DNA from: Eledone cirrhosa
Taxonomy: Eukaryota
Reading direction: 5' to 3'
DNA: 64,000 bases
Assembly: GCA_964016885.1 (NCBI GenBank)
Contig: OZ024742.1
Coordinates: 168,640,001 to 168,704,000, forward strand
This document shows positions 10,101-25,000 of the stretch, one piece after another. A model generated the notes under the pieces. The model ran no database searches and was not told where the DNA came from. It was given only the letters and a program-made list of their open reading frames with translations. Positions within the stretch are counted from its first letter, which is position 1, and the number at the start of each line of letters is the position of its first letter. The translations under genes were made by a program, and so were the position numbers.

Positions 10101-13100
10101 ATCCATTAAAAAAATCCATTAAAAACCCATTAAAAATCCATTAAAAATCCATTAAAAATCCCTTAAAAATCCATTAAAAATCCATTAAAAATCCATTAAA
10201 AAATCCATTTAAAAAAATCCATTAAAAAAATCAATTAAAAAAATACATTTAAAAAATCCATTTAAAAAATCCATTAAAAAAAAATCCATTAAAAAAAAAT
10301 CCATTAAAAAAAAAATCCATTAAAAAAAATCCATTTAAAAAATCCATTAAAAATCCATTAAAAAAATCCATTTAAAAAAAGCCATTAAAAAGCCATTAAA
10401 AATCCATTAAAAATCCATTAAAAATCCATTAAAAAATCCATTTAAAAAACCCATTAAAAAAATATATTAAAAAAATCCATTTAAAAAATCCATTAAAAAA
10501 AATCCATTAAAAAAAACCCATTAAAAAAAAATCCATTAAAAAAAAATCCATTAAAAAAAAAATCCATTAAAAAAAATCCATTTAAAAAATCCATTAAAAA
10601 TCCATTAAAAAAATCCATTTAAAAAATCCATTAAAAATCCATTAAAAATCCATTAAAAATCCATTAAAAATCCATTAAAAAGCCATTTAAAAAAATCCAT
10701 TAAAAAAATCCATTAAAAAATCCATTTAAAAATCCATTAAAAAAAATCCATTTAAAAAAACTCAATCAAAAACCCATAAAAGAAACATTAAAACAGCATT
10801 TAAAAAAGCCATTAAAAAAAATCCATTTAAAAAAATCCATTAAAAAAGCCATTAAAAATACATTAAAAATCCATTAAAAATCCATTAAAAATCCATTAAA
10901 AATCCATTAAAAAATCCATTTAAAAAAATCCATTAAAAAAATCCATTAAAAAAATCCATTTAAAAAATCCATTAATAAAATCCATTTAAAAAATCCATTA
11001 AAAAAAATCCATTAAAAAAAATCCATAAAAAAAATCCATTAAAAAAATCCATTAAAAAAAATCCGTTAAAAAAAATCCATTAAAAATCCATTAAAAATCC
11101 ATTAAAAATCCATTAAAAATCCATTAAAAATCCATTAAAAAATCCATTTAAAAAAATCCATTAAAAAAATCCATTAAAAAAATCCATTAAAAAAATCCAT
11201 TTAAAAAATCCATTAAAAAAATCCATGAAAAAAAAATCCATTAAAAAAAAAATCCATTAAAAAAAATCAATTTAAAAAAATCCATTAAAAATCCATTAAA
11301 AAAAATCCATTTAAAAAAATCCATTAAAAACCCATTAAAAATCAATTAAAAATCCATTAAAAATCCATTAAAAAATCCATTTAAAAAACCCATTAAAAAA
11401 ATCCATTAAAAAATCCATTTAAAAAATCCATTAAAAAAAATCCATTAGAAAAAACCCATTAAAAAAAATCCATTAAAAAAATCCATTTAAAAAAATCCAT
11501 TAAAAAAAATCAATTAAAAAAATCCATAAAAAAATCCATTAAAAAAATCCATTAAAAAAAATCCATTAAAAAAATCCATTAAAAATCCATTAAAAAAATC
11601 CATTAAAAAAAATCCATTTAAAAATCCATTAAAAACCCATTAAAATCCATTAAAAATCCATTAAAAATCCATTTAAAAAATCCATTTAAAAAAATCCATT
11701 AAAAAAACCCATTAAAAAAAATCCATTTAAAAAATCCATTTAAAAAAATCCATTAAAAAAAATCCATAAAAAAATCCATTAAAAAAATCCATTAAAAAAA
11801 TCCATTAAAAAAATCCATTAAAAATCCATTAAAAAAATCCATTTAAAAAAATCCATTTAAAAATCCATTAAAAACCCATTAAAATCCATTAAAAATCCAT
11901 TAAAAATCCATTAAAAAATCCATTTAAAAAACCCATTAAAAAAATCCATTAAAAAAATCCATTTAAAAAATCCATTAAAAAAAATCCATTTAAAAAAACC
12001 CATTAAAAAAATCCATTAAAAAAATCCATTTAAAAAATCCATTAAAAAAAATCCATTAAAAAAAATCCATAAAAAAAATCCATTAAAAAAAATCCATTAA
12101 AAAAAAATCCGTTAAAAAAAATCCATTAAAAAAAAATCCGTTAAAAAAAATCCATTAAAAGCTCAATCAAAAACCCATTAAAAACGCCATAAAAATCATT
12201 AAAATCCCATTAAAGATACATTAAAGGCCCATTAAAAACGCCATAAAAAATCCATTAAAAAAATCCATTAAAAAAAACTCAATCAAAAACCCATAAAAGA
12301 AACATTAAAACAGCATTTAAAAAATCCATTAAAAATCCATTAAAAAAATCCATTAAAAAAAATCCATTAAAAAATCCATTAAAAATCCATTAAAAATCCA
12401 TTAAAAATCCATTAAAAACCCATTAAAAATCCATTAAAAATCCATTAAAAATCCATTAAAAAATCCATTTAAAAAAATCCATTTAAAAAATCCATTTAAA
12501 AAACCCATTACAAAAAATCCATTAAAAAAAATCCATTAAAAAAAAAGCCATTAAAAAAAATCCATTAAAAAAAATCCGTTAAAAATCCATTAAAAAATCC
12601 ATTTAAAAAAAATCCATTAAAAATCCATTAAAAATCCATTAAAAATCCATTAAAAAATCCATTTAAAAAAATCCATTTAAAAAATCCATTTAAAAAACCC
12701 ATTACAAAAAATCCATTAAAAAAAATCCATTAAAAAAACCCATTAAAAAAATCCATTAAAAAAATCCATTTAAAAAATCCATTAAAAAAAATTCATTAAA
12801 AAAAAATCCATAAAAAAATCCATTAAAAAAATCCATTAAAAAAAAATCCATTAAAAAAAATCCATTAAAAATCCATTAAAAAAATCCATTTAAAAAAATC
12901 GATTAAAAAATCCATTAAAAAACCCATTAAAAATCCATTAAAAATCCATTAAAAATCCATTAAAAATCCATTTAAAAAACCCATTAAAAAAATCCATTTA
13001 AAAAATCCATTAAAAAAAAACCATTAAAAAAAACCCATTAAAAAAAATCCATTAAAAAAATCCATTAAAAAAATCCATTAAAAAAAATCCGTTAAAAAAA

Positions 13101-15985
13101 ATCCATTAAAAATCCATTAAAAAATCCATTAAAAAAATCCATTAAAAAAAATCCATTAAAAAAATCCATTTAAAAAATCCATTAAAAAAAATCCATTAAA
13201 AAAAAACCCATTAAAAAAAAATCCATTAAAAAAATCCATTTAAAAAATCCATTAAAAAAATCCATTAAAAAAAATCCATAAAAAAATCCATTAAAAAAAG
13301 TCCATTAAAAATCAATTAAAAAAACCCATTAAAAAAATCCATTAAAAAATCCATTAAAAACCCATTAAAAATCCATTAAAAATCCATTAAAAAATCCATT
13401 TAAAAAACCCATTAAAAAAATCCATTAAAAAAATCCATTTATAAAATCCATTAAAAAATCCATTAAAAAAAATCCCATTAAAAAAAAATCCATTTAAAAA
13501 ATCCATTAAAAAAAATCCATTAAAAAAAATCCATAAAAAAATCCATTAAAAAAAGTCCATTAAAAATCCATTAAAAAAATCCATTTAAAAAAATCCATTT
13601 AAAAATCCATTAAAAACCCATTAAAAATCCATTAAAAATCCATTAAAAATCCATTAAAAATCCATTTAAAAAAATCCATTAAAAAAATCCATTAAAAAAT
13701 CCATTTAATAAATCCATTAAAAAAAATCCATTAAAAAAAACTCAATCAAAAACCCATAAAAGAAACATTAAAACAGCATTTAAAAAACCCATTAAAAATT
13801 CATTAAAAAAATCCATTTGAAAAATCCATTAAAAATCCATTAAAAATCCATTAAAAATCCATTTAAAATCCATTAAAAATCCATTTAAAAAAATCCATTA
13901 AAAAAATCCATTAAAAAATCCATTTAATATATCCATTAAAAAAAATCCATTAAAAAAAACTCAATCAAAAACTCATAAAAGAAACATTAAAACAGCATTT
14001 AAAAAATCCATTAAAAAAATCCATTTAAAAAAATCCATTAAAAAATATATTAAAAATCCAATAAAAATCCATTAAAAATCCATTAAAAAGCCATTAAAAA
14101 TCCATTAAAAATCCATTAAAAATCCATTAAAAATCCATTAAAAATCCATTTAAAAATCCATTTAAAAAAATCCATTAAAAAAATCCATTAAAAAAAACCA
14201 TTTAAAAAATCCATTAAAAAAAATCCATTAAAAAAAAATCCATTAAAAAAAAAATCCATTAAAAAAAATCAATTAAAAAAAATCCATTAAAAATCCATTA
14301 AAAAATCCATTTAAAAAATCCATTAAAAACCCATTAAAAATCCATTAAAAATCCAATAAAAATCCATTTAAAAAACCCATTAAAAAAAATCCATTAAAAA
14401 AATCCATTAAAAAAATCCATTAAAAAAAATCCATTAAAAAAAACCCATTAAAAAAAAATCCATTAAAAAGATCCATTTAAAAAATCCATTAAAAAAATCC
14501 ATTAAAAAAAATCCATAAAAAAATCCATTAAAAAAAATCCATTAAAAAAAAATCCATTAAAAATCCATTAAAAAAATCCATTTAAAAAATCCATTAAAAA
14601 ATCCATTAAAAACCCATTAAAAATCCATTAAAAATCCATTAAAAATCCATTAAAAAATCCATTTAAAAAACCCATTAAAAAAATCCATTAAATAAATCCA
14701 TTTAAAAAATCCATTAAAAAAAATCCATTTAAAAAACCCATTAAAAAAAATCCATTAAAAAAATCCATTTAAAAAATCCATTAAAAAAAATCCATAAAAA
14801 AATCCATTAAAAAAAATCCATTAAAAAAAAATCCGTTAAAAATAATCCATTAAAAATCCATTAAAAATCCATTAAAAATCCATTAAAAATCCATTAAAAA
14901 TCCATTAAAAATCCATTAAAAAATCCATTTAAAAAAATCCATTAAAAAAATCCATTAAAAAAATCAATTTAAAAAATCCATTAAAAAAAATCCATTAAAA
15001 AAAATCAATTTAAAAAAATCCATTAAAAATCCATTAAAAAAATCCATTTAAAAAAATCCATTAAAAACCCATTAAAAATCCATTAAAAATCCATTAAAAA
15101 TCCATTTAAAAAACCCATTAAAAAAAATCCATTAAAAAAATCCATTTAAAAAATCCATAAAAAAAAATCCATTAAAAAAACCCATTAAAAAAAATCCATT
15201 AAAAAATCGATTTAAAAAATCCATTAAAAATACATTAAAGGCCCATTTTAAAATCCATTTAAAAAAATCCATTAAAAAATCCATTAAAAAATCCATTTAA
15301 AAAATCCATTAAAAAAAATCCATTAAAAAAAATCCATTTAAAAAATCCATTAAAAAATCCATTTAAAAAATCCATTAAAAAAAATCCATTAAAAAATCCA
15401 TTAAAAATCCATTAAAAAAAATCCATTTAAAAAAGCCATTAAAAAATCCATTAAAAATCCATTAAAAATCCATTAAAAATCCATTTAAAAACCCATTAAA
15501 AAATCCATTTAAAAAATCCATTTAAAAAATCCATTAAAAAAAATCCATTTAAAAAAACCCATTAAAAAAAATCCATTAAAAAAATCCATTTAAAAAATCC
15601 ATTAAAAAAAATCCATTAAAAAAAATCCATAAAAAAAATCCATTAAAAAAAATCCATTAAAAAAAAATCCGTTAAAAAAATCCATTTAAAACTCAATTAA
15701 AAACCAAATTAAAAGGCCATAAAAGAAACATTAAAACAGCATTTAAAATACCATTAAAAACGCCATAAAAAATCATTAAAATCCCATTAAAAATACATTA
15801 AAGGCCCATTAAAAACGCCATAAAAAATCCATTAAAAAAAATCCATTAAAAAAAATCCATTAAAAAAAAATCCGTTAAAAAAATCCATTAAAAACTCAAT
15901 CAAAAACCCAATTAAAAGGCCAGAAAAGAAACATTAAAATAGCATTTAAAATACCATTAAAAACGCCATAAAAAATCATTAAAAT

Positions 15986-16041
15986 TGTTTTTTATGAAAT
16001 TTATAATATGGCTTTTAATGAACTTTTTAATGGGCTTTTAG
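15986..16041 (-). repeat. 56 bp inverted insert, copy 3
   Basis: Same sequence and flanks as 1484-1539. Confidence 0.95.
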
Positions 16042-19000
16042 AATCATTAAAATCCCATTAAAAATACATTAAAGGCCCATTAAAAACGCCATAAAAAATC
16101 CATTAAAAAAAATCCATTAAAAAAAAATTCAATCAAAAACCCATAAAAGAAACATTAAAACAGCATTTAAAAAACCCATTAAAAATTCATTAAAAAAATC
16201 CATTTAAAAAATCCATTAAAAATCCATTAAAAATCCATTAAAAATCCATTAAAAATCCATTAAAAATAATCCATTAAAAAAATCCATTAAAAAAATCCAT
16301 TAAAAAATTCATTTAAAAATCCATTAAAAAAAATCCATTAAAAAAAACTCAATCAAAAACCCATAAAAGAAACATTAAAACAGCATTTAAAAAAGCCATT
16401 AAAAAAAATCCATTTAAAAAAATCCATTAAAAAAGCCATTAAAAATACATTAAAAATCCATTAAAAATCCATTAAAAATCCATTAAAAATCCATTAAAAA
16501 TCCATTAAAAATCCATTAAAAATCCATTAAAAAATCCATTTAAAAAAATCCATTAAAAAAATCCATTAAAAAAATCCATTTAAAAAATCCATTTAAAAAA
16601 TCCATTTAAAAAATCCATTAAAAAAAATCCATTAAAAAAAATCCATAAAAAAAATCCATTAAAAAAATCCATTAAAAAAAATCCGTTAAAAAAAATCCAT
16701 TAAAAATCCATTAAAAATCCATTAAAAATCCATTAAAAATCCATTTAAAAATCCATTTAAAAAAATCCATTAAAAAAATCCATTAAAAAAATCCATTTAA
16801 AAAATCCATTAAAAAAATCCATGAAAAAAAAATCCATTAAAAAAAAAATCCATTAAAAAAAATCAATTTAAAAAAATCCATTAAAAATCCATTAAAAAAA
16901 ATCCATTTAAAAAAATCCATTAAAAACCCATTAAAAATCAATTAAAAATCCATTAAAAATCCATTAAAAAATCCATTTAAAAAACCCCTTTAAAAAAATC
17001 CATTAAAAAAATCCATTTAAAAAATCCATTAAAAAAAATCCATTAGAAAAAACCCATTAAAAAAAATCCATTAAAAAAATCCATTTAAAAAAATCCATTA
17101 AAAAAAATCCATTAAAAAAATCCATAAAAAAATCCATTAAAAAAATCCATTAAAAAAAATCCATTAAAAAAATCCATTAAAAATCCATTAAAAAAAATCC
17201 ATTAAAAAAATCCATTTAAAAAAATCCATTAAAAAAAATCCATTAAAAAAATCCATAAAAAAATCCATTAAAAAAATCCATTAAAAAAAATCCATTAAAA
17301 AATTTCATTAAAAATCCATTAAAAAAATCCATTTAAAAAAATCCATTTAAAAATCCATTAAAAACCCATTAAAATCCATTAAAAATCCATTAAAAATCCA
17401 TTTAAAAAATCCATTAAAAAAAATCCATTAAAAACACCCATTAAAAAAATCCATTAAAAAAATCCATTTAAAAAAATCCATTAAAAAAATCCATTAGAAA
17501 AAACCCATTAAAAAAAATCCATTAAAAAAATCCATTTAAAAAAATCCATTAAAAAAAATCCATTAAAAAAATCCATAAAAAAATCAATTAAAAAAATCCA
17601 TTAAAAAAAATCCATTAAAAAAATCCATTAAAAATCCATTAAAAAAATCCATTTAAAAAAATCCATTTAAAAATCCATTAAAAACCCATTAAAATCCATT
17701 AAAAATCCATTAAAAATCCATTTAAAAAATCCATTAAAAAAAATCCATTAAAAACACCCATTAAAAAAAATCCATTAAAAAAATCCATTTAACAAAATCC
17801 ATTAAAAAAATCCATTAAAAAAATCCATAAAAAAATCCATTAAAAAATCCATTAAAAAAATCCATTAAAAAAATCCATTAAAAATCCATTAAAAAAATCC
17901 ATTTAAAAAAATCCATTTAAAAATCCATTAAAAACCCATTAAAATCCATTAAAAATCCATTAAAAAATCCATTTAAAAAACCCATTAAAAAAATCTATGA
18001 AAAAAATCCATTTAAAAAATCCATTAAAAAAAATCCATTTAAAAAAACCCATTAAAAAAATCCATTAAAAAAATCCATTTAAAAAATCCATTAAAAAAAA
18101 TCCATTAAAAAAAATCCATAAAAAAAATCCATTAAAAAAAATCCATTAAAAAAAAATCCGTTAAAAAAAAATCCATTAAAAAAAAATCCGTTAAAAAAAA
18201 TCCATTAGAAGCTCAATCAAAAACCCATTAAAAACGCCATAAAAATCATTAAAATCCCATTAAAGATACATTAAAGGCCCATTAAAAACGCCATAAAAAA
18301 TCCATTAAAAAAATCCATTTAAAAAAATCCATTAAAAAATCCATTAAAAATCCATTAAAAATCCATTAAAAATCCATTAAAAACCCATTAAAAATCCATT
18401 AAAAATCCATTAAAAATCCATTAAAAAATCCATTTAAAAAAATCCATTTAAAAAATCCATTTAAAAAACCCATTACAAAAAATCCATTAAAAAAAATCCA
18501 TTAAAAAAAAAGCCATTAAAAAAAATCCAATAAAAAAAATCCATTAAAAATCCATTAAAAAATCCATTTAAAAAAAATCCATTAAAAATCCATTAAAAAA
18601 TCCATTTAAAAAACCCATTAAAAAAATCCATTAAAAAAAACTCAATCAAAAACCCATAAAAGAAACATTAAAACAACATTTAAAAAATCCATTAAAAAAA
18701 TCCATTTAAAAAAATCCATTAAAAAATCCATTAAAAATCCATTAAAAATCCATTAAAAATCCATTAAAAATCCATTAAAAATCCATTAAAAATCCATTAA
18801 AAAATCCATTTAAAAAAATCCATTAAAAAATCCATTTAAAAAATCCATTAAAAAAATCCATTAAAAAAAATCCATTAAAAAAAAATCCATTAAAAAAAAT
18901 CAATTTAAAAAAATCCATTAAAAATCCATTAAAAAAATCCATTAAAAAAAATCCATTAAAAACCCATTAAAAACAAATTAAAAACCCATTAAAAATCCAT

Positions 19001-22000
19001 TAAAAATCCATTAAAAATCCATTTAAAAAACCCATTTAAAAAAATCCATTAAAAAAAATCCATTTAAAAAATCCATTAAAAAAAATCCATTAAAAAAACC
19101 CATTAAAAAAATCCATTAAAAAAATCCATTTAAAAAATCCATTATCAAAAATTCATTAAAAAAAATCCATAAAAAAATCCATTAAAAAAATCCATTAAAA
19201 AAAATCCATTAAAAAAAATCCATTAAAAATCCATTAAAAAAATCCATTTAAAAAAATCCATTAAAAAATCCATTAAAAAACCCATTAAAAATCCATTAAA
19301 AATCCATTAAAAATCCATTAAAAATCCATTTAAAAAACCCATTAAAAAAATCCATTTAAAAAATCCATTAAAAAAATCCATTAAAAAAACCCATTAAAAA
19401 AAATCCATTAAAAAAATCCATTAAAAAAATCCATTAAAAAAAAATCCGTTAAAAAAAATCCATTAAAAATCCATTAAAAAATCCATTAAAAAAATCCATT
19501 TAAAAAAATCCATTAAAAAAATCCATTTAAAAAATCCATTAAAAAAAATCCATTAAAAAAAAACCCATTAAAAAAAAATCCATTAAAAAAATCCATTTAA
19601 AAAATCCATTAAAAAAATCCATTAAAAAAAATCCATAAAAAATCCATTAAAAAAAGTCCATTAAAAAAACCCATTAAAAAAAATCCATTAAAAAATCAAT
19701 TAAAAACCCATTAAAAATCCATTAAAAATCCATTAAAAATCCATTAAAAATCCATTTAAAAAAATCCATTTAAAAAATCCATTAAAAAAATCCATTTAAA
19801 AAATCCATTAAAAAAAATCCATTAAAAAAAAATCCATTAAAAAAAATCCATTAAAAAAAATCAATTTAAAAAAATCCATTAAAAATCCATTAAAAAAATC
19901 CATTTAAAAAAATCCATTAAAAACCCATTAAAAATCCATTAAAAATCCATTAAAAAATCCATTTAAAAAACCCATTAAAAAAAATCCATTAAAAAAAACC
20001 CATTAAAAAATCCATTAAAAAAATCCATTTAAAAAATCCATAAAAAAAAATCCATTAAAAAAATCCATAAAAAAATCCATTAAAAAAATCCATTAAAAAA
20101 AAATCCATTAAAAAAAATCCATTAAAAATCCATTAACAAAATCCATTTAAAAAAATCCATTAAAAAATCCATTAAAAACCCATTAAAAATCCATTAAAAA
20201 TCCATTAAAAATCCATTAAAAAATCCATTTAAAAAACCATTAAAAAAATCCATTAAAAAAATCCATTTAAAAAATCCATTAAAAAAATCCATTTAAAAAA
20301 CCCATTAAAAAAAACCCATTAAAAAAATCCATTTAAAAAATCCATTAAAAAAAATCCATTAAAAAAATCCATAAAAAAAATCCATTAAAAAAAATCCATT
20401 AAAAAAAAATCCGTTAAAAAAAATCCATTAAAAAAAAATCCGTTAAAAAAAATCCATTAAAAGCTCAATCAAAAACCCATTAAAAACGCCATAAAAATCA
20501 TTAAAATCCCATTAAAGATACATTAAAGGCCCATTAAAAACGCGATAAAAAATCCATTAAAAAAATCCATTAAAAAAAAATCAATCAAAAACCCATAAAA
20601 GAAACATTAAAACAACATTTAAAAAATCCATTAAAAATCCATTAAAAAATCCATTTAAAAAAATCCATTAAAAAAAATCCTTTTAAAAAATCCATTTAAA
20701 AAATCCATTAAAAAAAATCCATTAAAAATATCCATTTAAAAAAAAAGCCATTAAAAAAAATCCATTAAAAAAAATCCATTAAAAATCCATTAAAAATCCA
20801 TTTAAAAAATCCATTAAAAAATCCATTAAAAACCCATTAAAAATCCATTAAAAATCCATTAAAAATCCATTAAAAAATCCATTTAAAAAACCCATTAAAA
20901 AAATCCATTAAAAAAATCCATTTAAAAAATCCATTAAAAAAAATCCATTTAAAAAAACCCATTAAAAAAAATCCATTAAAAAAATCCATTTAAAAAATCC
21001 ATTAAAAAAAATCCATAAAAAAATCCATTAAAAACAATCCATTAAAAAAAAATCCGTTAAAAAAAATCCATTAAAAATCCATTAAAAATCCATTAAAACA
21101 TCCATTTAAAAAAATCCATTAAAAAAATCCAAAAAAATCAATTAAAAAAATCCATTAAAAAAAATCCATTAAAAACAAAATCCATTAAAAAAAATCAATT
21201 TAATAAAATCCATTAAAAATCCATTAAAAAAATCCATTAAAAACCCATTAAAAATCCATTAAAAATCCATTAAAAATCCCTTAAAAATCCATTAAAAATC
21301 CATTAAAAATCCATTAAAAAATCCATTTAAAAAAATCCATTAAAAAAATCAATTAAAAAAATACATTTAAAAAATCCATTTAAAAAATCCATTAAAAAAA
21401 AATCCATTAAAAAAAAATCCATTAAAAAAAAAATCCATTAAAAAAAATCCATTTAAAAAATCCATTAAAAATCCATTAAAAAAATCCATTTAAAAAAAGC
21501 CATTAAAAAGCCATTAAAAATCCATTAAAAATCCATTAAAAATCCATTAAAAAATCCATTTAAAAAACCCATTAAAAAAATATATTAAAAAAATCCATTT
21601 AAAAAATCCATTAAAAAAAATCCATTAAAAAAACCCATTAAAAAAAAATCCATTAAAAAAAAATCCATTAAAAAAAAAATCCATTAAAAAAAATCCATTT
21701 AAAAAATCCATTAAAAATCCATTAAAAAAATCCATTTAAAAAATCCATTAAAAATCCATTAAAAATCCATTAAAAATCCATTAAAAATCCATTAAAAAGC
21801 CATTTAAAAAAATCCATTAAAAAAATCCATTAAAAAATCCATTTAAAAATCCATTAAAAAAAATCCATTTAAAAAAACTCAATCAAAAACCCATAAAAGA
21901 AACATTAAAACAGCATTTAAAAAAGCCATTAAAAAAAATCCATTTAAAAAAATCCATTAAAAAAGCCATTAAAAATACATTAAAAATCCATTAAAAATCC

Positions 22001-25000
22001 ATTAAAAATCCATTAAAAATCCATTAAAAATCCATTAAAAAATCCATTTAAAAAAATCCATTAAAAAAATCCATTAAAAAAATCCATTTAAAAAATCCAT
22101 TAATAAAATCCATTTAAAAAATCCATTAAAAAAAATCCATTAAAAAAAATCCATAAAAAAAATCCATTAAAAAAATCCATTAAAAAAAATCCGTTAAAAA
22201 AAATCCATTAAAAATCCATTAAAAATCCATTAAAAATCCATTAAAAATCCATTAAAAATCCATTAAAAAATCCATTTAAAAAAATCCATTAAAAAAATCC
22301 ATTAAAAAAATCCATTAAAAAAATCCATTTAAAAAATCCATTAAAAAAATCCATGAAAAAAAAATCCATTAAAAAAAAAATCCATTAAAAAAAATCAATT
22401 TAAAAAAATCCATTAAAAATCCATTAAAAAAAATCCATTTAAAAAAATCCATTAAAAACCCATTAAAAATCAATTAAAAATCCATTAAAAATCCATTAAA
22501 AAATCCATTTAAAAAACCCATTAAAAAAATCCATTAAAAAATCCATTTAAAAAATCCATTAAAAAAAATCCATTAGAAAAAACCCATTAAAAAAAATCCA
22601 TTAAAAAAATCCATTTAAAAAAATCCATTAAAAAAAATCAATTAAAAAAATCCATAAAAAAATCCATTAAAAAAATCCATTAAAAAAAATCCATTAAAAA
22701 AATCCATTAAAAATCCATTAAAAAAATCCATTAAAAAAAATCCATTTAAAAATCCATTAAAAACCCATTAAAATCCATTAAAAATCCATTAAAAATCCAT
22801 TTAAAAAATCCATTAAAAAAAATCCATTAAAAAAACCCATTAAAAAAAATCCATTTAAAAAATCCATTTAAAAAAATCCATTAAAAAAAATCCATTAAAA
22901 AAATCCATAAAAAAATCCATTAAAAAAATCCATTAAAAAAATCCATTAAAAAAATCCATTAAAAATCCATTAAAAAAATCCATTTAAAAAAATCCATTTA
23001 AAAATCCATTAAAAACCCATTAAAATCCATTAAAAATCCATTAAAAATCCATTAAAAAATCCATTTAAAAAACCCATTAAAAAAATCCATTAAAAAAATC
23101 CATTTAAAAAATCCATTAAAAAAAATCCATTTAAAAAAACCCATTAAAAAAATCCATTAAAAAAATCCATTTAAAAAATCCATTAAAAAAAATCCATTAA
23201 AAAAAATCCATAAAAAAAATCCATTAAAAAAAATCCATTAAAAAAAAATCCGTTAAAAAAAATCCATTAAAAAAAAATCCGTTAAAAAAAATCCATTAAA
23301 AGCTCAATCAAAAACCCATTAAAAACGCCATAAAAATCATTAAAATCCCATTAAAGATACATTAAAGGCCCATTAAAAACGCCATAAAAAATCCATTAAA
23401 AAAATCCATTAAAAAAAACTCAATCAAAAACCCATAAAAGAAACATTAAAACAGCATTTAAAAAATCCATTAAAAATCCATTAAAAAAATCCATTAAAAA
23501 AAATCCATTAAAAAATCCATTAAAAATCCATTAAAAATCCATTAAAAATCCATTAAAAACCCATTAAAAATCCATTAAAAATCCATTAAAAATCCATTAA
23601 AAAATCCATTTAAAAAAATCCATTTAAAAAATCCATTTAAAAAACCCATTACAAAAAATCCATTAAAAAAAATCCATTAAAAAAAAAGCCATTAAAAAAA
23701 ATCCATTAAAAAAAATCCGTTAAAAATCCATTAAAAAATCCATTTAAAAAAAATCCATTAAAAATCCATTAAAAATCCATTAAAAATCCATTAAAAAATC
23801 CATTTAAAAAAATCCATTTAAAAAATCCATTTAAAAAACCCATTACAAAAAATCCATTAAAAAAAATCCATTAAAAAAACCCATTAAAAAAATCCATTAA
23901 AAAAATCCATTTAAAAAATCCATTAAAAAAAATTCATTAAAAAAAAATCCATAAAAAAATCCATTAAAAAAATCCATTAAAAAAAAATCCATTAAAAAAA
24001 ATCCATTAAAAATCCATTAAAAACATCCATTTAAAAAAATCGATTAAAAAATCCATTAAAAAACCCATTAAAAATCCATTAAAAATCCATTAAAAATCCA
24101 TTAAAAATCCATTTAAAAAACCCATTAAAAAAATCCATTTAAAAAATCCATTAAAAAAAAACCATTAAAAAAAACCCATTAAAAAAAATCCATTAAAAAA
24201 ATCCATTAAAAAAATCCATTAAAAAAAATCCGTTAAAAAAAATCCATTAAAAATCCATTAAAAAATCCATTAAAAAAATCCATTAAAAAAAATCCATTAA
24301 AAAAATCCATTTAAAAAATCCATTAAAAAAAATCCATTAAAAAAAACCCATTAAAAAAAAATCCATTAAAAAAATCCATTTAAAAAATCCATTAAAAAAA
24401 TCCATTAAAAAAAATCCATAAAAAAATCCATTAAAAAAAGTCCATTAAAAATCAATTAAAAAAACCCATTAAAAAAATCCATTAAAAAATCCATTAAAAA
24501 CCCATTAAAAATCCATTAAAAATCCATTAAAAAATCCATTTAAAAAACCCATTAAAAAAATCCATTAAAAAAATCCATTTATAAAATCCATTAAAAAATC
24601 CATTAAAAAAAATCCCATTAAAAAAAAATCCATTAAAAAAATCCATTTAAAAAATCCATTAAAAAAAATCCATTAAAAAAAATCCATAAAAAAATCCATT
24701 AAAAAAAGTCCATTAAAAATCCATTAAAAAAATCCATTTAAAAAAATCCATTTAAAAATCCATTAAAAACCCATTAAAAATCCATTAAAAATCCATTAAA
24801 AATCCATTAAAAATCCATTTAAAAAAATCCATTAAAAAAATCCATTAAAAAATCCATTTAATAAATCCATTAAAAAAAATCCATTAAAAAAAACTCAATC
24901 AAAAACCCATAAAAGAAACATTAAAACAGCATTTAAAAAACCCATTAAAAATTCATTAAAAAAATCCATTTGAAAAATCCATTAAAAATCCATTAAAAAT

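Larger units (their letters stand above)
4805..15985. repeat. HOR unit A, 11,181 bp
   Basis: Insert-to-insert distance. Supported by the AAAGGCCCATTTT marker (4058 to 15240) and conserved order of rare variants. Confidence 0.92.
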
